This document shows positions 51,085-64,000 of a stretch of DNA of 64,000 nt, piece by piece (the first letter of the stretch is position 1; each line of letters begins with the position of its first letter). Made by a program: the position numbers and the translations under genes. Source of the stretch: Basidiobolus meristosporus CBS 931.73. Lineage: Eukaryota > Fungi > Basidiobolomycota. The stretch is taken from NCBI GenBank assembly GCA_002104905.1, contig MCFE01000014.1, forward strand, positions 193,941 to 257,940, written 5' to 3'. Below the pieces are notes generated by a model. The model ran no database searches and was not told the origin of the DNA. It saw nothing but the letters and a program-made list of their open reading frames with translations.

Positions 51085-52267
51085 ATGTCCACCCACTTTC
51101 ACCCGTTTGGCGAGCCAGATGCTCCGAGTAAGCATCCATCCAGGAGCGCCACACAAGGCCACACATCCAGGGCTAGCGAGACATCCAATACAGATATCGA
51201 TCTAGAGAAAGACATTGGCGCATATTCCATGAAAGGGCACGCCGAGAGCTTCTCAGCTTCAACGCACAGCTGGCCCATATTCTTCGCCATCCTGCCGCCC
51301 ATCGTATCAGTGTTTCACGGAGATGCCAGGGCGTGGAGTGACCTGATGCTACTTGCTCTGGTGGGATTCTACCTTTTCCTGGTGATCAAAGGTTTGTTCT
51401 GCAGCCCACAGGAAGCAACCCGGTTCTAACAGATCATCGTTTCTAGTCCCATGGGAGCTTTACTTCGCCGCACGCAAGCGTAGGATCAGCCACAACGAAC
51501 AGGTTGGTCAGCCCGGTAATGCTTCACAAGAGGCGCTGCGTTCAGTGGCAATCCGGAAACTACGGCGACAGGAGAATCTTTCGCTGCTATTGGTTCTGAT
51601 CTCACCAGGGCTTGGGGGCTACCTGTTACAAGTCACTCGGCAATTTCTCTCTGATTACGACAAATACTTCTCGCATCTCAATATCATGATCTTCATCTTC
51701 GCAGCTGGAATCAAACCCGTCTCCCACGTGATTGGGCTTGCTAATGATCGTGCGTTGCGATTACATGAGGAGATCCATTACCCGAACTGTGAAATGGAGA
51801 TTTTACGCAATCGTACAGTGCATCTTGAGAACGAGCTTCACCAGCTACGCGCAGCCATGGTCACAAAGTCAGAAGTCATCGAGCTGAAGCAAGGCATGCA
51901 ACCTGCTCTGCTAGAACTCACACAATGGTTTCAAAAATTTGAGTTGCGTGAACAAATATTAAAGAAACGCCAGGAAACAAAGCTTAACGAACTTGAAGTT
52001 CGATTGGATAAGATTGAGCTACGTGCAAGAAAAGCCAGTGAGACGAATCATGCGGAACGCAGGAGTGCCCTGGCTCGGGTAGCGGCCATTATATCAAGAA
52101 TTATGTGGCTACCGTTCAACGTATTCCTCTTTTTCCTGCGCTCCTTCTATTTAATACCCTACCGGTTAATCCAACATTCCCGGAATCTACCCTTGGAGAC
52201 AGGATCGGTGGAAAGGCGTAAGGTTAATATCATCAGCCCTTTTTCAAGTGAAGCGTACGAGTATTAA
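51085..52267 (+). CDS. Uncharacterised membrane protein with C-terminal coiled coil (2 exons)
   Basis: ORFs 51085-51429 and 51545-52267 join across a GT-AG intron near 51391-51446 (VIK/VPWELYFAAR); several TM segments. Confidence 0.75.
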
Positions 52268-53246
52268 AGAAGGCTACAGCAAGAGTGTTTCCTTTCCGTT
52301 AGCACTGTCCTTTATTTCATGTCGTGGAATGTTGGCACCATTCAATCAAACTCAAGGTGAGATATCATGATTGGATCTGTGGAGAATGGATGACGGATAT
52401 TAGTGAATGCAAATTGTCAATCAGTAGTCTTAGATACTCCTCAGTATGACTTCCATATATCAACACTTTTGCTTTAAGTACCAGCTGAAGGTAGCCTGTG
52501 GAACTCTAACAAGTGAGTTCTGCATCCAATCATAAATCTCATTCTATTGGCTAGAGATTAGTAGAGCCGCGGAATCCAATTAGCTGCAGGGCTGCAGTTT
52601 TTGACAAGTACAATTCAACATCAATTTTTATCATAACCTAGGTAGAGTTATTCCAATATATATAAGCAATAAATTCACTGATAGCTGCAAATGACTGAAA
52701 TGCTCTCTGGTTGTGTGAGTGCTAAGGGGCCCACAAGATGTTAAGCTCAGTTGTTCACCTTTTCCACTTCAGTAGACTCAAGGATGCCAACTGTTTACCA
52801 AGTGGGAACAAATCTAGATAGGCTGATGCAATATAGCCAGCTGGAAGTTTGTAAATGTTTTTCAGACATTGGTATGCAAACACAAGCAAATCATGTAGGT
52901 TATGATCACTACTCAACCTGTGCAGTGTACCATCGAGGAGTTACATACGGTGAGGTATTTCAGCATTACTAGGCCTAAGTAGGGCCACCTGTGTTATCCT
53001 CAGAGGAGTACACCATATCTGTTCTAATGAGAAATTGTGGGGTAGACTCCCTGCTGCTGTCCATAGCAATAAGGGCCATGCACATATGATTGCATTAATA
53101 ATAGGCCAACTCAAAGTTTTAATCTCAACCAGATGAGTTGCGTTCATTCAGTTCAACCAGGACAATCAAAATAATATACAAGATGCAGTAGGTCTAAAAT
53201 TGGGCTGCGAAACCTCCAACAACGCCACCATATTGGGGGATAAGCA

Positions 53247-54711
53247 TTATAGCTCCACCACAACCGGTGCATCTTCACCTAATTCTTCCTCCTCCTCTTC
53301 GTCAATGGCCAAATACCATTCAAATTTTCGACTCACAAACGATTGAAACTCATGGAGGGTCGAGATCACGGAGGTATCAACGCATTTGGTCTCGTTGATG
53401 TTTCGTATTAGCACCTGAAGAATGGACATTAGCAACTCAATTCTGGCGCGGGAAATGGCTAGCTAACAAGTTACCTTCAGTGTTGGGACTAGGAAGTTGT
53501 TCTCAGATATCACATCGATGAAAAAGTCTTTTGGACATTCCTTCATTTGGGTCGTGAGCACATCTACAATGAAATATGCCTTTATGAGTGATTCGAATTA
53601 GATCAGTATGCTCATCTACTCGATATACTTAGAAAATCGGACATCAATGCTGGATGCTGGACAATTGCCTCCTTGCTATTGCATAGTAGTTGGATCAGCT
53701 TCTTCCATTGGTTGAAGCCAGAATAATTTTGTGCTAACAGCAAACAGATAAAGGAGAGCTGCAATTCACCAAACAAATTCCTGTAATCTACGCTCGATAT
53801 AAAGTCGTGAGACTACCGCCTACGTAGGGTCGTTTGCGTCTAGTATTGGCTTACCAGATTTATAAGTGTTTTTAAGCAATGTCTCAAGGAGATAGCTTTT
53901 GTCCAAACTGTATTTAGTCCGTTGGTCTCCGGATGCTCCTTCTGGAAAGGATTTTTTCAAATCAATCAGTGTGAATTCCAAGCCATCTTCATCTTTCTCC
54001 TCGCCGAGCTTGTCTTCACTCGAGCCAGTTACACAGCTCACTTTTCCAGAATTGGGTACAAGCCGTTCTACCAAGTCTTTCGTGAGATTACTGCTCAAAT
54101 TTAGCCAGGTATTATATGTATCACTAGGGATGAGCGGATAGGCGCCCATAAACTGGTCAAAGTATCTAATATCTAGAAGCATCAAAGGAAACACCATTAT
54201 TGTGTGTTGAGGATAATACGATAGCAGGGCACAGGTGCCACTCGCCGGTAGTGAGCTAGGGATTGACTAGTACTTGCCAGCTCGATATCTATTGCACTGC
54301 TCGGGATCTAGCTCGGAATCATCGAACAATTCTTCAATCTGAGGATTCCATTGCTTCACTAGAATCTACGTATGATAAGTCTAAATCGGCACAGAAGTGA
54401 AATTGAGTGCGTACAACTTACTTCCCCTGCTTCAAAATGGTGGAAGAAGCCCGATCTTAAACCATGCTGCTGGCTGGTTTTGTCTTGCACACTATGAAGC
54501 AACTGTGAGTAAGTGTATCGCTAGTGGGAATCCAGCTGTGCTACCTGTAGTATATGAAGTGTAATCCGGGCGGAATCAACTTGACACCCTTGAAGCGCGG
54601 CCCGATATTCCACGAATTATAATCTATGCCGAACTCGAGATTTTCAGGCGCATCCAAAAACAATAGGAAGCCGCCTTTCTCATATAGTGCGTTCGCCGTT
54701 TCCTGGTCCAT
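53247..54711 (-). CDS. AAR2: U5 snRNP assembly factor, multi-exon
   Basis: EFGIDYNSWNIGPRFKGVKLIPPGLHFIYY; TKYSLDKSYLL; acidic end EEEELGEDAPVVVEL. Confidence 0.9.
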
Positions 54712-55174
54712 CAGAAGAATATGGCTATTGTATGATACGCATGTACAATCATAAATCTGTCAACCATGAAAAAAATCTAGGGATCATCAGTAATTTCAAA
54801 TTAGGCAGATGCCGGAATAGATGGTTCAAGAGGGAATGTATTGCAATATCAATAATGCGATAATTGTCAAAACGGCTATTCAGCCCGAAGGTGGAATGGG
54901 AGTGTTGGGTTGCTTGGTACTGGTGGATGTAGTGCTGATTGAGTGCAGGATATCAGCCGAATTTCCGTAATACCCACACCCACCTCAGGTCTGAAGCTAT
55001 CTCTAATTAATCGACAATTTGGGATGACTCCTAACTGGATCAAGTCATGTGAATTGGGATTGGGTACACCATTGCCTGGCACTTCAGATATGCTGATCAC
55101 TTTAGCAAGGTGTATTATTCAACAATACTTGTTACAGTGGTATTATACCAGCATAGAGTAGACACTAGACAATA

Positions 55175-56360
55175 ATGGAAGATTTAGTTTCCTCATTGCC
55201 GCCCGAGATTCAAGAGCTTCTAAAAAAAGCGCCCGTGCTTGGGAAAACTATTGATGAGGGCTTCACAGAGCTTAGCAATTTGGAAACTTTCAGGTACCCA
55301 AGGCTCGATTGTCTTTTTGCCAATCAATATAGTTACCTTCGTTATTAGAGATAAAACCGTTACTTTTCAAGGAGAGGTTGGAAGAAGCTTGATTTTGATT
55401 CCGTGCGAATTTGAGAAATACTCACTTATTTAGTCATTTAACATCCAAGTTCCAACTCTAGATTTTACCTTTGAAGAGGTTAGTAGATCTGTCTTCTGTG
55501 GCCCGTCTTTTTAGGAGGAGATCCCCCAATACACTCAAATAACTTTTTTGCTGTTGATAGCTACTTTGGCTGAACCCAAGCTTTGGTGAGCATGCCCTTG
55601 AATGGGATTATACCATGTGCGAGGATTCAAAGAAAGAAAAGAATATATATCAGTTGCTTGCGAAGGCCTATGAGGAGCCATTATCTATGGTCGAACAACA
55701 GGTTTTGGAATGAATCAAACATCCTATATACATACCAAGCTCTAACGTGATACCTTCAACAAAATGCAGCTAATATTGCAGGAGTTTGAGAAAGACTCAA
55801 AATTTGTCTATCAAAGTGGATTCACCACAACCAATCTTCCAGCATTGGTCGAAAACAACCCAACGATTGTAATCGAAGGCCTAATCCAACTCTCCAAAAG
55901 CAACGAGATGGTCGAGTATGTTTGGATATGTTTAACTAGTTTGTGAACTCGACTTATTCAACCTGATCCACCTTTCAAGGTATCTGAATGCATTGAGCAA
56001 TATCACCACGTTGCACTCCTTGGAAGTAGTTAATCGACTTACCACTGCTTGCGAGGTTTCTCAAGAATTCCTTCATCAATATATAGAACGGCATATCTCT
56101 TCCTGCGACTCGATGGCAGATCGAAATGTACAAAACAGACAGGTGCGCCTGGTAAGCCTCACCATCAACATTGATCAGGTCAACACCTCACTAATCCAAA
56201 TATATATCAGATATGTGTATTCGTTCAATCGCTGCTTCGGAATAAAGTGATTGATTTGACAGAGTTTGTATTCGAGCTGCAACCATTTCTGATCCAATAT
56301 TCCAGAGTGAAGGAAGCAGCCGATTTATACAAGCAATGTTCACAAATAAATCTTCCTTGA
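55175..56360 (+). CDS. CNOT11: CCR4-NOT subunit 11 (DUF2363 C-terminal domain), multi-exon
   Basis: LPALVENNP, LHSLEVVNRLT, FLHQYI...C, QNRQVRL/VCVFVQSLLRNK, YSRVKEAADLYK. Confidence 0.8.
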
Positions 56361-56820
56361 AAATGATTGGCGACATGCAGTGTTGAGGCTACTCCTTTTG
56401 ATTCTCCACTCCACACTCAAGCTTCATGCAGTTGGGCTCAAGTGCACAATTAAACGGTCCTTCATCTATGATTATGCGAACCGAGAGCACCGTATTGTTG
56501 AGGCATATTAGCTGAGCTGCCTACCTCTGCGCCATCTAGCATATCCAGCAGACTTCCTGCGGCCGAGAAAATCACCCGACATTGAACTGCTTGCCACCAT
56601 GCTGCATCACTTGGTATCTATATTCTTTGGAGGAGCTCATGAAACAGCCTTAGGGTGTTATAAGTATCGTATCGCCCGCACGATGCTATGGCGGTCGAGA
56701 GATTTTTGATAGTCAAAGAAGCCCGCTTTCCTGACATGCAGCATTGCTGAGTAAAGATTTGATGTATCCATTACCACCACCTCTGGTTTCAAAATAGATA
56801 AATAGCACCACAGCCAACTA

Positions 56821-58210
56821 TTACATTAGCATACCTGGGATAATGTAGAATATGCAACGAAGTCTCAATGCTAGCAACCATTCCAACCAGTTTTTGAGTG
56901 AAATCCATTCTGATTTGGAACCTGTTAGCCCCACGAAACATTCGGAAAAACTGAAAACGCGGATGCAAACAACACTAAAGCGCGATCCGGAAGAAAGGAA
57001 GTATACTGCAGAAGATGCCACTTCCTTTCGAGTACAGGGACCAACCAGAAAACCATTGTTCGTGTTCAATGGCTCTTGACGACGACTGGTGTTAAAGATT
57101 GTTGTGAATGGTGGATAGTAGTGCAGTTTTCTGTTGGTTGAAAGCTTGAAACAACCCCTTGGCAAGAATGAATGCGGACAAACGCTGGCTCAACTTTCAC
57201 TCAGCAGGCTGTGTTCACGGATGATTCGGTGGATTGTCAACTAGCCTAGATTTCAAACCATCCTTACAAATGATACACCAGAGGCTGGCCTAAATGCCAA
57301 CCAGCCACCGGGCTGAGTATATCTCCGCCCAATGATCCTATACAGGTAGAGGTGGGCCGTTAGATCTGCTCTCAGCTTTGTCATGCAGCGGATCGCTCAT
57401 CAGCAACACAAACATCCCATCATTAAGGCGTGATCACCCGAATCCATATCGAGTTCATGCCAGCATCATTTAGATATCGTGCACCACTTGAGTGCTCAAA
57501 CGCTAGTCAGGTGTCACTCACTTAGGACTCAGGTTATTGTACTTAAGAATCGGTTTCAACATGAGGCCGGTAAGCCTACCACGCTCAACCTGATTCCACA
57601 GTACCATTTGATCGAATATGCAGATGCTCCAATGCAGATATGCAGGCGTAGGTTAACCCAATTGACGAGAGAATGATTAAAGACACCCTTACTCATCGGA
57701 GCCAAGTAAGTCTGATAGTGGACTATGATAGGCCCCTTTGGTGATGAGCCCAGTTTGTATCTTACGAACACTACAACGATGACAAAAGAAGTGGGAATCG
57801 ATTCGGCTCATGTAGCACCAATGTCCACTATTAAGGTACAGCTCTAATGAGCCTGATTACGATTTGATATCCTATCTTTTCCTAAGCCAGGATTGCCCAC
57901 TATTCATCCTAAGATTAGGTTTCAGTGGTACACATTAATTTGTGCTGAAGCCCATATATTCTGCACAAGTAAAATACGCTCTTCCATATATATCTAGAGC
58001 ACCCATCATCGAGCAACCTGTTTGAACCAACCTCTCCAAGGGCCTTGGAGAGTAGCAGCATTGCTCAACCCTCGCCACAACATCAATAAATCTAGAAACG
58101 TGTTAATTAGATCAAATATTAGCGCTGCTTGATATAAGCTTATCTGCATATCTCCAGGACAGGTGTGCCAGATCCCATCGCCATATGTAGACGGCATCAA
58201 CCACATCCTA
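56821..58210 (-). pseudogene. Probable decayed Stealth-family sugar-phosphotransferase
   Basis: DVVDAVYIW followed by frameshifted DG (CR1 DxVYTWVxG-like, about 58175-58207); RFIDVVARVEQCCYSPRPLE (CR2 RF.D..ELRYS.RS-like); PIIVH and FN...LHICIG. Stops and frameshifts. Confidence 0.42.
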
Positions 58211-58974
58211 TTAATCACGGGTACTACGACAGTAAAGACTCTGGACAAATGGGCCAGGAGGCTCGCTCTAAACCTCTGTACTCTCGGCAGCTTGAGGACC
58301 GGCCACGTATGTGAGCAACAAGATCTAGTGGAACTGAACATCTTGCTTTAAAGATACTAACGCATTCGTTTTACTGCTACAAGCTCCACTACACCCAGGC
58401 CTATGTGGGCTTGGATGTATATTTGCCTCTTCAGTATCATTCATTCCGATTCCCCTTGCCTCATTCCACAAACGGATCGGTGGATTCTTTCCAGAATCTG
58501 TCCGCTCAGTGTAAATATATATTAATATGGATCGTCCATAAGGGTCACTAAGGATCAGTGTAAATGTAAATGAAACCAATTTAATACTATGAAATTTGCC
58601 AATTTGGACCCTATGTGGTTACATCTCAATAAACCATTTGCTTCATTCCAAATGTGTGTTCACCCATTCAGGTGTTCATTTTCTCTAAATGTCCTTCACG
58701 AATTTCGTTTAAATAGCACACTACCGTTGCTCATCCTTCCCACTTGCTCATTACTGCACCACCCGAGCCATACATCCTTGACACCGAAGCGCTCTTCCAT
58801 ACGACTTTCTTGTGAATCTTACCAAAGCATCTGACAATCCTATCCGGCTCTACATTGCCCATTTCATACCTCCGGTTGTATTCGAGCAGGACCCTCTTTC
58901 TCTGCCTGAAGAAAGCATCGTGTGTCCGTAGTATTCTAGTTTGATAGTTGACACCTAGCACAAATACGATAAAC

Positions 58975-60415
58975 ATGAGAGCGGATTATTCTGGCTCCAA
59001 GATACTGAAATTTTGTTTCTTGGGATACCTATTTGTCTCGATCGTTTATATCTTCCATCGTTTCACTATTCCCACTGTCCCAAAGGAACCATCCACACCA
59101 TTGACAACACCATTCGATAAGGAGAGCCAGGTTTCGGTACCCGGCAGGCTGAACCCTCAAAATTGGACTTGGTCCCATGGTATGAGGTCGTTTCTTCATT
59201 GCTGTGGAATCGATGTTCTTACGCTTTTTCATTTAACTACCAGGGTCAATGGAGCAACAATTTCTTTTCTCCAAGCTCTTTTCTGAAAGCATGCAGCCTA
59301 CCAACCTGGTCCCATACTACTACAAAATGGACCCGGCTCCAATGAAGAAGGACATCACTGTTGCCACTATAATTACTGCCGATCGGTTCCATGTGTTTGA
59401 GAAACTAGTACGCAACTACCAAGGTACATGATGGATAGCCCTGTTCGTGGGACACGGTGATTAATACGATTGCCCTACAATAGGTCCAGTATCTGTAGCT
59501 ATACATGTGTCTGACGATAGTAAGAAAGATGAGATACTCAATCGCCTAGCGAAGATGTATGAATCCAATCCGCTGATGAGGAGATATGTTGACGTCCATC
59601 TAATCGTCGACAGATACGAGAGGCAATTCAACTATTGGAGAAACGTAGCCCGTTTCTTTAGTCGCACAGATTATTTTCTTCTACTTGATATCGATTTCTA
59701 CCTTTGCACCGATTTCCGCAAGAGCCTTCAAGCATACCCAAGCCTCATGGAGCGACTAGAAAAGGGTGAAGCAGCTATCGTCTTGCCTGCTTTCGAGTAT
59801 AACATCCTTGAGGAAGGGAAAGATGCATCGGTATTCCCAAAAAATAAGATAGATTTGTTGGACCTGGTTCAGGACGAAAGAATCGACATGTTCCACAAAA
59901 AGTGGGTGAGAGGCCATGGTTCTACGGACTATTCCAAGTGGTACCAGAGCACAAGCCCATACGTTGTGACAGAGTATAATTATAGCTATGAGCCTTACGT
60001 GATTGTCAAGAAAGACGGCACACCATGGTGTAATGAGAGATTCATTGGCTACGGCGGTAACAAGGCCGCATGTCTGTACGAGATCTACTTGTCCGGCATA
60101 GATTATTGGGTGCTACCCAATGACTATATCATCCACCAAAACCATGAATATTTGGAAAACACTCGAAAGATAGAGGTAACCAATCATCTCATAAGAATTG
60201 TACCAGACTAGTTTCTAATCCTACTCGACATTGCGTATTTATAGCGGAAGCTCAACAAGAAGATATATGACAACTTCCGTGACGAAGCCTGTTTCCGTTA
60301 TTTCCGTAACATGCATGCTACAGGAGAGTGGAGCACACCTAAAGGAGAGAACCTGAGACGAGAGTGTATGAAAAACCCAGACTTTGAGGCTGTAGTGAGA
60401 GAGTTTCAGTCTTGA
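58975..60415 (+). CDS. GT49 (LARGE/B4GAT1-like) glycosyltransferase, type II membrane, multi-exon
   Basis: N-terminal TM; DITVAT, RNVARFFSRTDYFLLLDIDF (DxD), LPAFEY, YEPYVIV, ERFIGYGGNKAAC, IIHQNH. Confidence 0.88.
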
Positions 60416-62858
60416 GGATCGTATAATTCATATATCTCATAGTCCCTAATATTAATCGTTGATTACTGCCGCTCTCGTTATGCGCAACAACCAATTCCGG
60501 TTATTACTATTGCATTCCAATATCGACTCTTCCACAATAATCGACATTATATATCTACTCATATCTTGTACAACTTTATTATGCAATCATAGTTTGCCAT
60601 ATCTACCAGTGTTCCATGCAAAAGATCACCTGGCCATCACATCGTTTCCACACATTTCCATATCAGACACCATTACTATAAGCTCGAAGTTGCGAAGCCA
60701 ATCTTGCTATATAATACACCAGTTATGGAGTCGCTCATTTTCCCAATATGGCATCAGTCCAACAGTCTTTGGAGGGGGCAATTAGGAGTTGATAATAGTG
60801 GTGGGATAATGGAGTCCGGATTTAAAAAGAGGCCACAATATATACGGCTCCCTCACATAAGAACAATGGATTGCATTGGCAGAAATATAAACTTTCAGTG
60901 CACCCTAATCAACACATTCCTGGAGTCACCACGATTCGCTGCAGTTCTGGTTTCGTCACCCACTCCACAATGTGTCATCTGGCCGATGCTCGATCCAAGC
61001 ACCGGAAGGAGGATTATAAAGCCCAGGTCTGGTCTGGTGTATAGAGACTGGTCAAGCCAGCAAATGTCAAATGGAAGTACAACTAGCCTGAGAAGCTGTG
61101 ATCTACAGTATATCGATGAAACTAAGCTGTAAGTCTGCATGGAAGAGCCCACTTACACATTTAGTTTAGTGTTCACTGACTTTCACCTATGCCAAATCAA
61201 TGCAACTGGCACATATAATAATTCACTAATGATTGGAATTGGAGTCGTTGGATTCACTAAAAAGACCAATAGTGGTTCAGGCTCATTGATCGTTTGGAAT
61301 AGCCATCATATTCTTCTCAGGGAAATCAACACACCAGCATGTCAGCTGGTAGCAAATAAAGTGATGTGATGAAATAATTGCTCATTATAGATGATAGGAG
61401 GTTAGTTGATCGAAAATATTCTGGTGAATCACTTTTTAGATCCCTCCAATATATGCAATTGGTGGCTATTGATGTGGACTCGTTAAGCCTCACTCATGAA
61501 ATGGCACAGTAAAGGGACAATATATTATCTGGGTGTTTAGTCAATTCCTGTCTATGTTAAGCCGAAGGCTTATACCTATCACACCAATTGCCAACCTCTT
61601 TGATCCGTCAGCCATTAGGCCAAGAACCATTGTTGCTATTTCATATATCCAACTAACAGGGCTTTGAATAACTATTGTTGCAACATTGACCAGCCATAAA
61701 TTGGTCAGAGCTTCATACTGTTTCATGATATTCGTCATTCTACCTTTCACAAACAAAAGCTCTATACAAATTCTACAGTCGAGGCTTAGCTAAAATTGCA
61801 CACTAGATGCCAAGAGAGCTTATGATCCTTATTCATAATCAGCATTATTAAAATAAGTTGGGTATTAAGTAATGGTTGACCCTACCACTGCGGTATCAAT
61901 GACATATGCTGTAAGATGGGTTTCTGTAAAGCTTTGGTTTTATAATTTCAACGAACTTATTAATAGCGAATTTTCAGATGGTGTGTTTAATACACAACAG
62001 GTGCATATTTACGTGCTGTTATTCAAAATATCCTGTTACCTTTGCCTCAAATAATCAGCTTAGTGTGTGATAGACTCCCATGAATGTTGGAATATTCACA
62101 ATACCTTACACTGCAGTATATCTATTGGGTGATAGAAAGTAATAGAACTGCGATGTATGAATGGAATAGTTTGAATTAGATATACCTTTCATACACTAAT
62201 GGCAAGGGCTAATTTAAAAAGCCATAAAATAATCAGATGAAATACATACACTTTATCAGCAACATTTAAATCTGAATCAAACCAAGGAAACCTGTATCAG
62301 CCAAAGAGCTCTTTGCTTTAAAAAAGGTAGGCAACTAGTAGAATGAACTGGTTCTGTAAGTTTGATATTGTTGATTACATGCATTAATAGTCCTACTGAA
62401 GAAGCACCAATTTTCATGGAGGATACATTGTAGCTACAGTTAGAAATGAGCATCATGCGTTTATAACAGACGTTTGGAATCCAGCAGTTATAGCATTTGA
62501 TACTTAATAGCCGCACGCTAGTCACAAACCGTCTTCACCACCCTTGTCCGAAGTATATCAATATTAAAGCAGACGGTAAAATGGGTATATTTTACCAGCA
62601 GTACTGTTACATTGAATCAAGTGAGTGCTCTGAATTATCCTTTCATTTAATTCGCATGGAAGAGTCATTGGATACATTCGTGAAGGAAAATCTAAAATGC
62701 CCGAACGTTTTTTAACTGTTTGCCCTGCTAATAGGTGGAAATCCTATTCCATAATCGTCCTTCAGAAATATGCATTGATACATGAGAGGCTTCGAGGGTT
62801 GTAAAAGTTTGCCAATTATCGCGTGGAGCAGGTGACTAGTTTTCAAATCACCAGGCTT

Positions 62859-64000
62859 TTAGTTGGTCGAAGTACTTCCAGAACTCCATGGATGCTGATA
62901 TATTAAGTGGGTTTCATAATCGGCCATCTCTTCAATATCCTCGCCATTCTTTGGCGTAGGGTATATTAGATACAACTTTTCCTCCCCAACAATGGCTTTT
63001 ACTAACTCTATCAGTATGTCCTGCTCGACTGCTAATTCAAACAAGGCACCGGCGTAGGCATAGATGTTGGAATACTCGGGTAAAGTCGCTTCATTCCACT
63101 TGGTGATGCGCTTGTAATGTGATCGCCTCATGGCTTGTACGGAAGGCATATATCTTGGAAGGTGTGAATTAGTTCGTAGAGCACCAGAAAGGACGTAGTA
63201 GTTCAGAATGGTTGTAGCAATGATCTCCCTACGCTGTAGGCTGACGGGCGCAATGATATCTTCTAGCGATTTGGCTGGCAAGGTAGCTAATGCTGCGTTG
63301 ATTACATACAGCCAATCCAGGCTAGATCGTAAATGTTTGAGTAGTCCAATATACATGGTCGAATTGAACGGTGCTTTCAACCGAGGTTCCATTGAAGCTT
63401 CTGCTAAAAGCCCCTCAGTTTTGATCAACTGGCATTGCAGCTTGGCAAGTGTGTCATCTACCTCGGCGCGTAGTTGTTTATCCGAGTTCAGCACACTGGG
63501 ACCCATGTTGACACTGAAAATAAGAGAGATGCTTTTGGACATCTGATGCAGTAGATTTGATGTCTCCTTGCGAAGTTCAATCCGAGCGACAAATGGCCAC
63601 AGCGTAATGTTAACGATCATAGCCAAAATGATCCCCAGAAATACAGTGGCCCAACGGATTAACGCCAGTTGGATGGGTTTCTCACCAAAATCATAGTAGA
63701 GAAACTCATTGAAGACTACAGCAACAAACGTAATAATTGCCGTGGGACCTATCCTTGGGTATGGTGTGGCTACGAAGAAATACCATGCTGGGGTGCCTAT
63801 ATTTTGGAATTTTGATTAAAACCATCCAGAGATGATACAAAAACAGTGCAGTGTGAGGATTAGTACTTACTGAAGATAGATACCACGAACGGGAGGGCCC
63901 ATCTCTCCTGGGAAGCAGTAAGCCATGCCAGGTATCCAAGTACACCGCCCATGATAGTGCTCAGAACTCGCATATACGATGTCTGTATTACCGATCCCAC
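62859..64000 (-). CDS. FUSC/ALMT-like (aromatic acid exporter family) membrane transporter, 3' part; runs off window
   Basis: TM pattern ...ALIRWATVFLGIILAMIVNITLWPFVAR.ELR followed by a helical C-terminal domain in ORF 62859-63626. Confidence 0.7.

Noticed and set aside
60460-62800. Short ORF fragments between GT49 and the FUSC-like gene
   Set aside because: Looks like decayed coding or TE sequence, but no motif could be identified.

Overview
Eukaryotic window with short GT-AG introns, most consistent with an early-diverging fungus (inference from gene content: CNOT11, GT49, S1 protease, FAN1). It has three parts. (1) 1-1.5 kb: the 3' part of a sugar transporter gene. (2) About 1.7-19 kb and 24.5-27 kb: repeat graveyards. 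These hold a decayed DIRS/YR-like remnant and three related Ty1/Copia lineages nested in one another: an old gag fragment, a near-full-length inactivated element, and a young 3.3-kb non-autonomous element with LTRs identical by eye and a GTTTT TSD. They also hold solo LTRs with TSDs, a 211-bp MITE, a Tc1-like remnant and a candidate decayed negative-strand RNA virus L-polymerase insertion. (3) 19.5-64 kb: mostly ordinary genes (O-fucosyltransferase-like, two head-to-head paralogous small secreted Cys proteins, CBR1, TBCB, UPS2, FAN1, PPAT, NOT4, RHEB, S1 protease, USP, SOG2, AAR2, CNOT11, GT49, FUSC/ALMT-like transporter) plus a probable Stealth phosphotransferase pseudogene. All calls come from by-eye motif reading; no searches were run.
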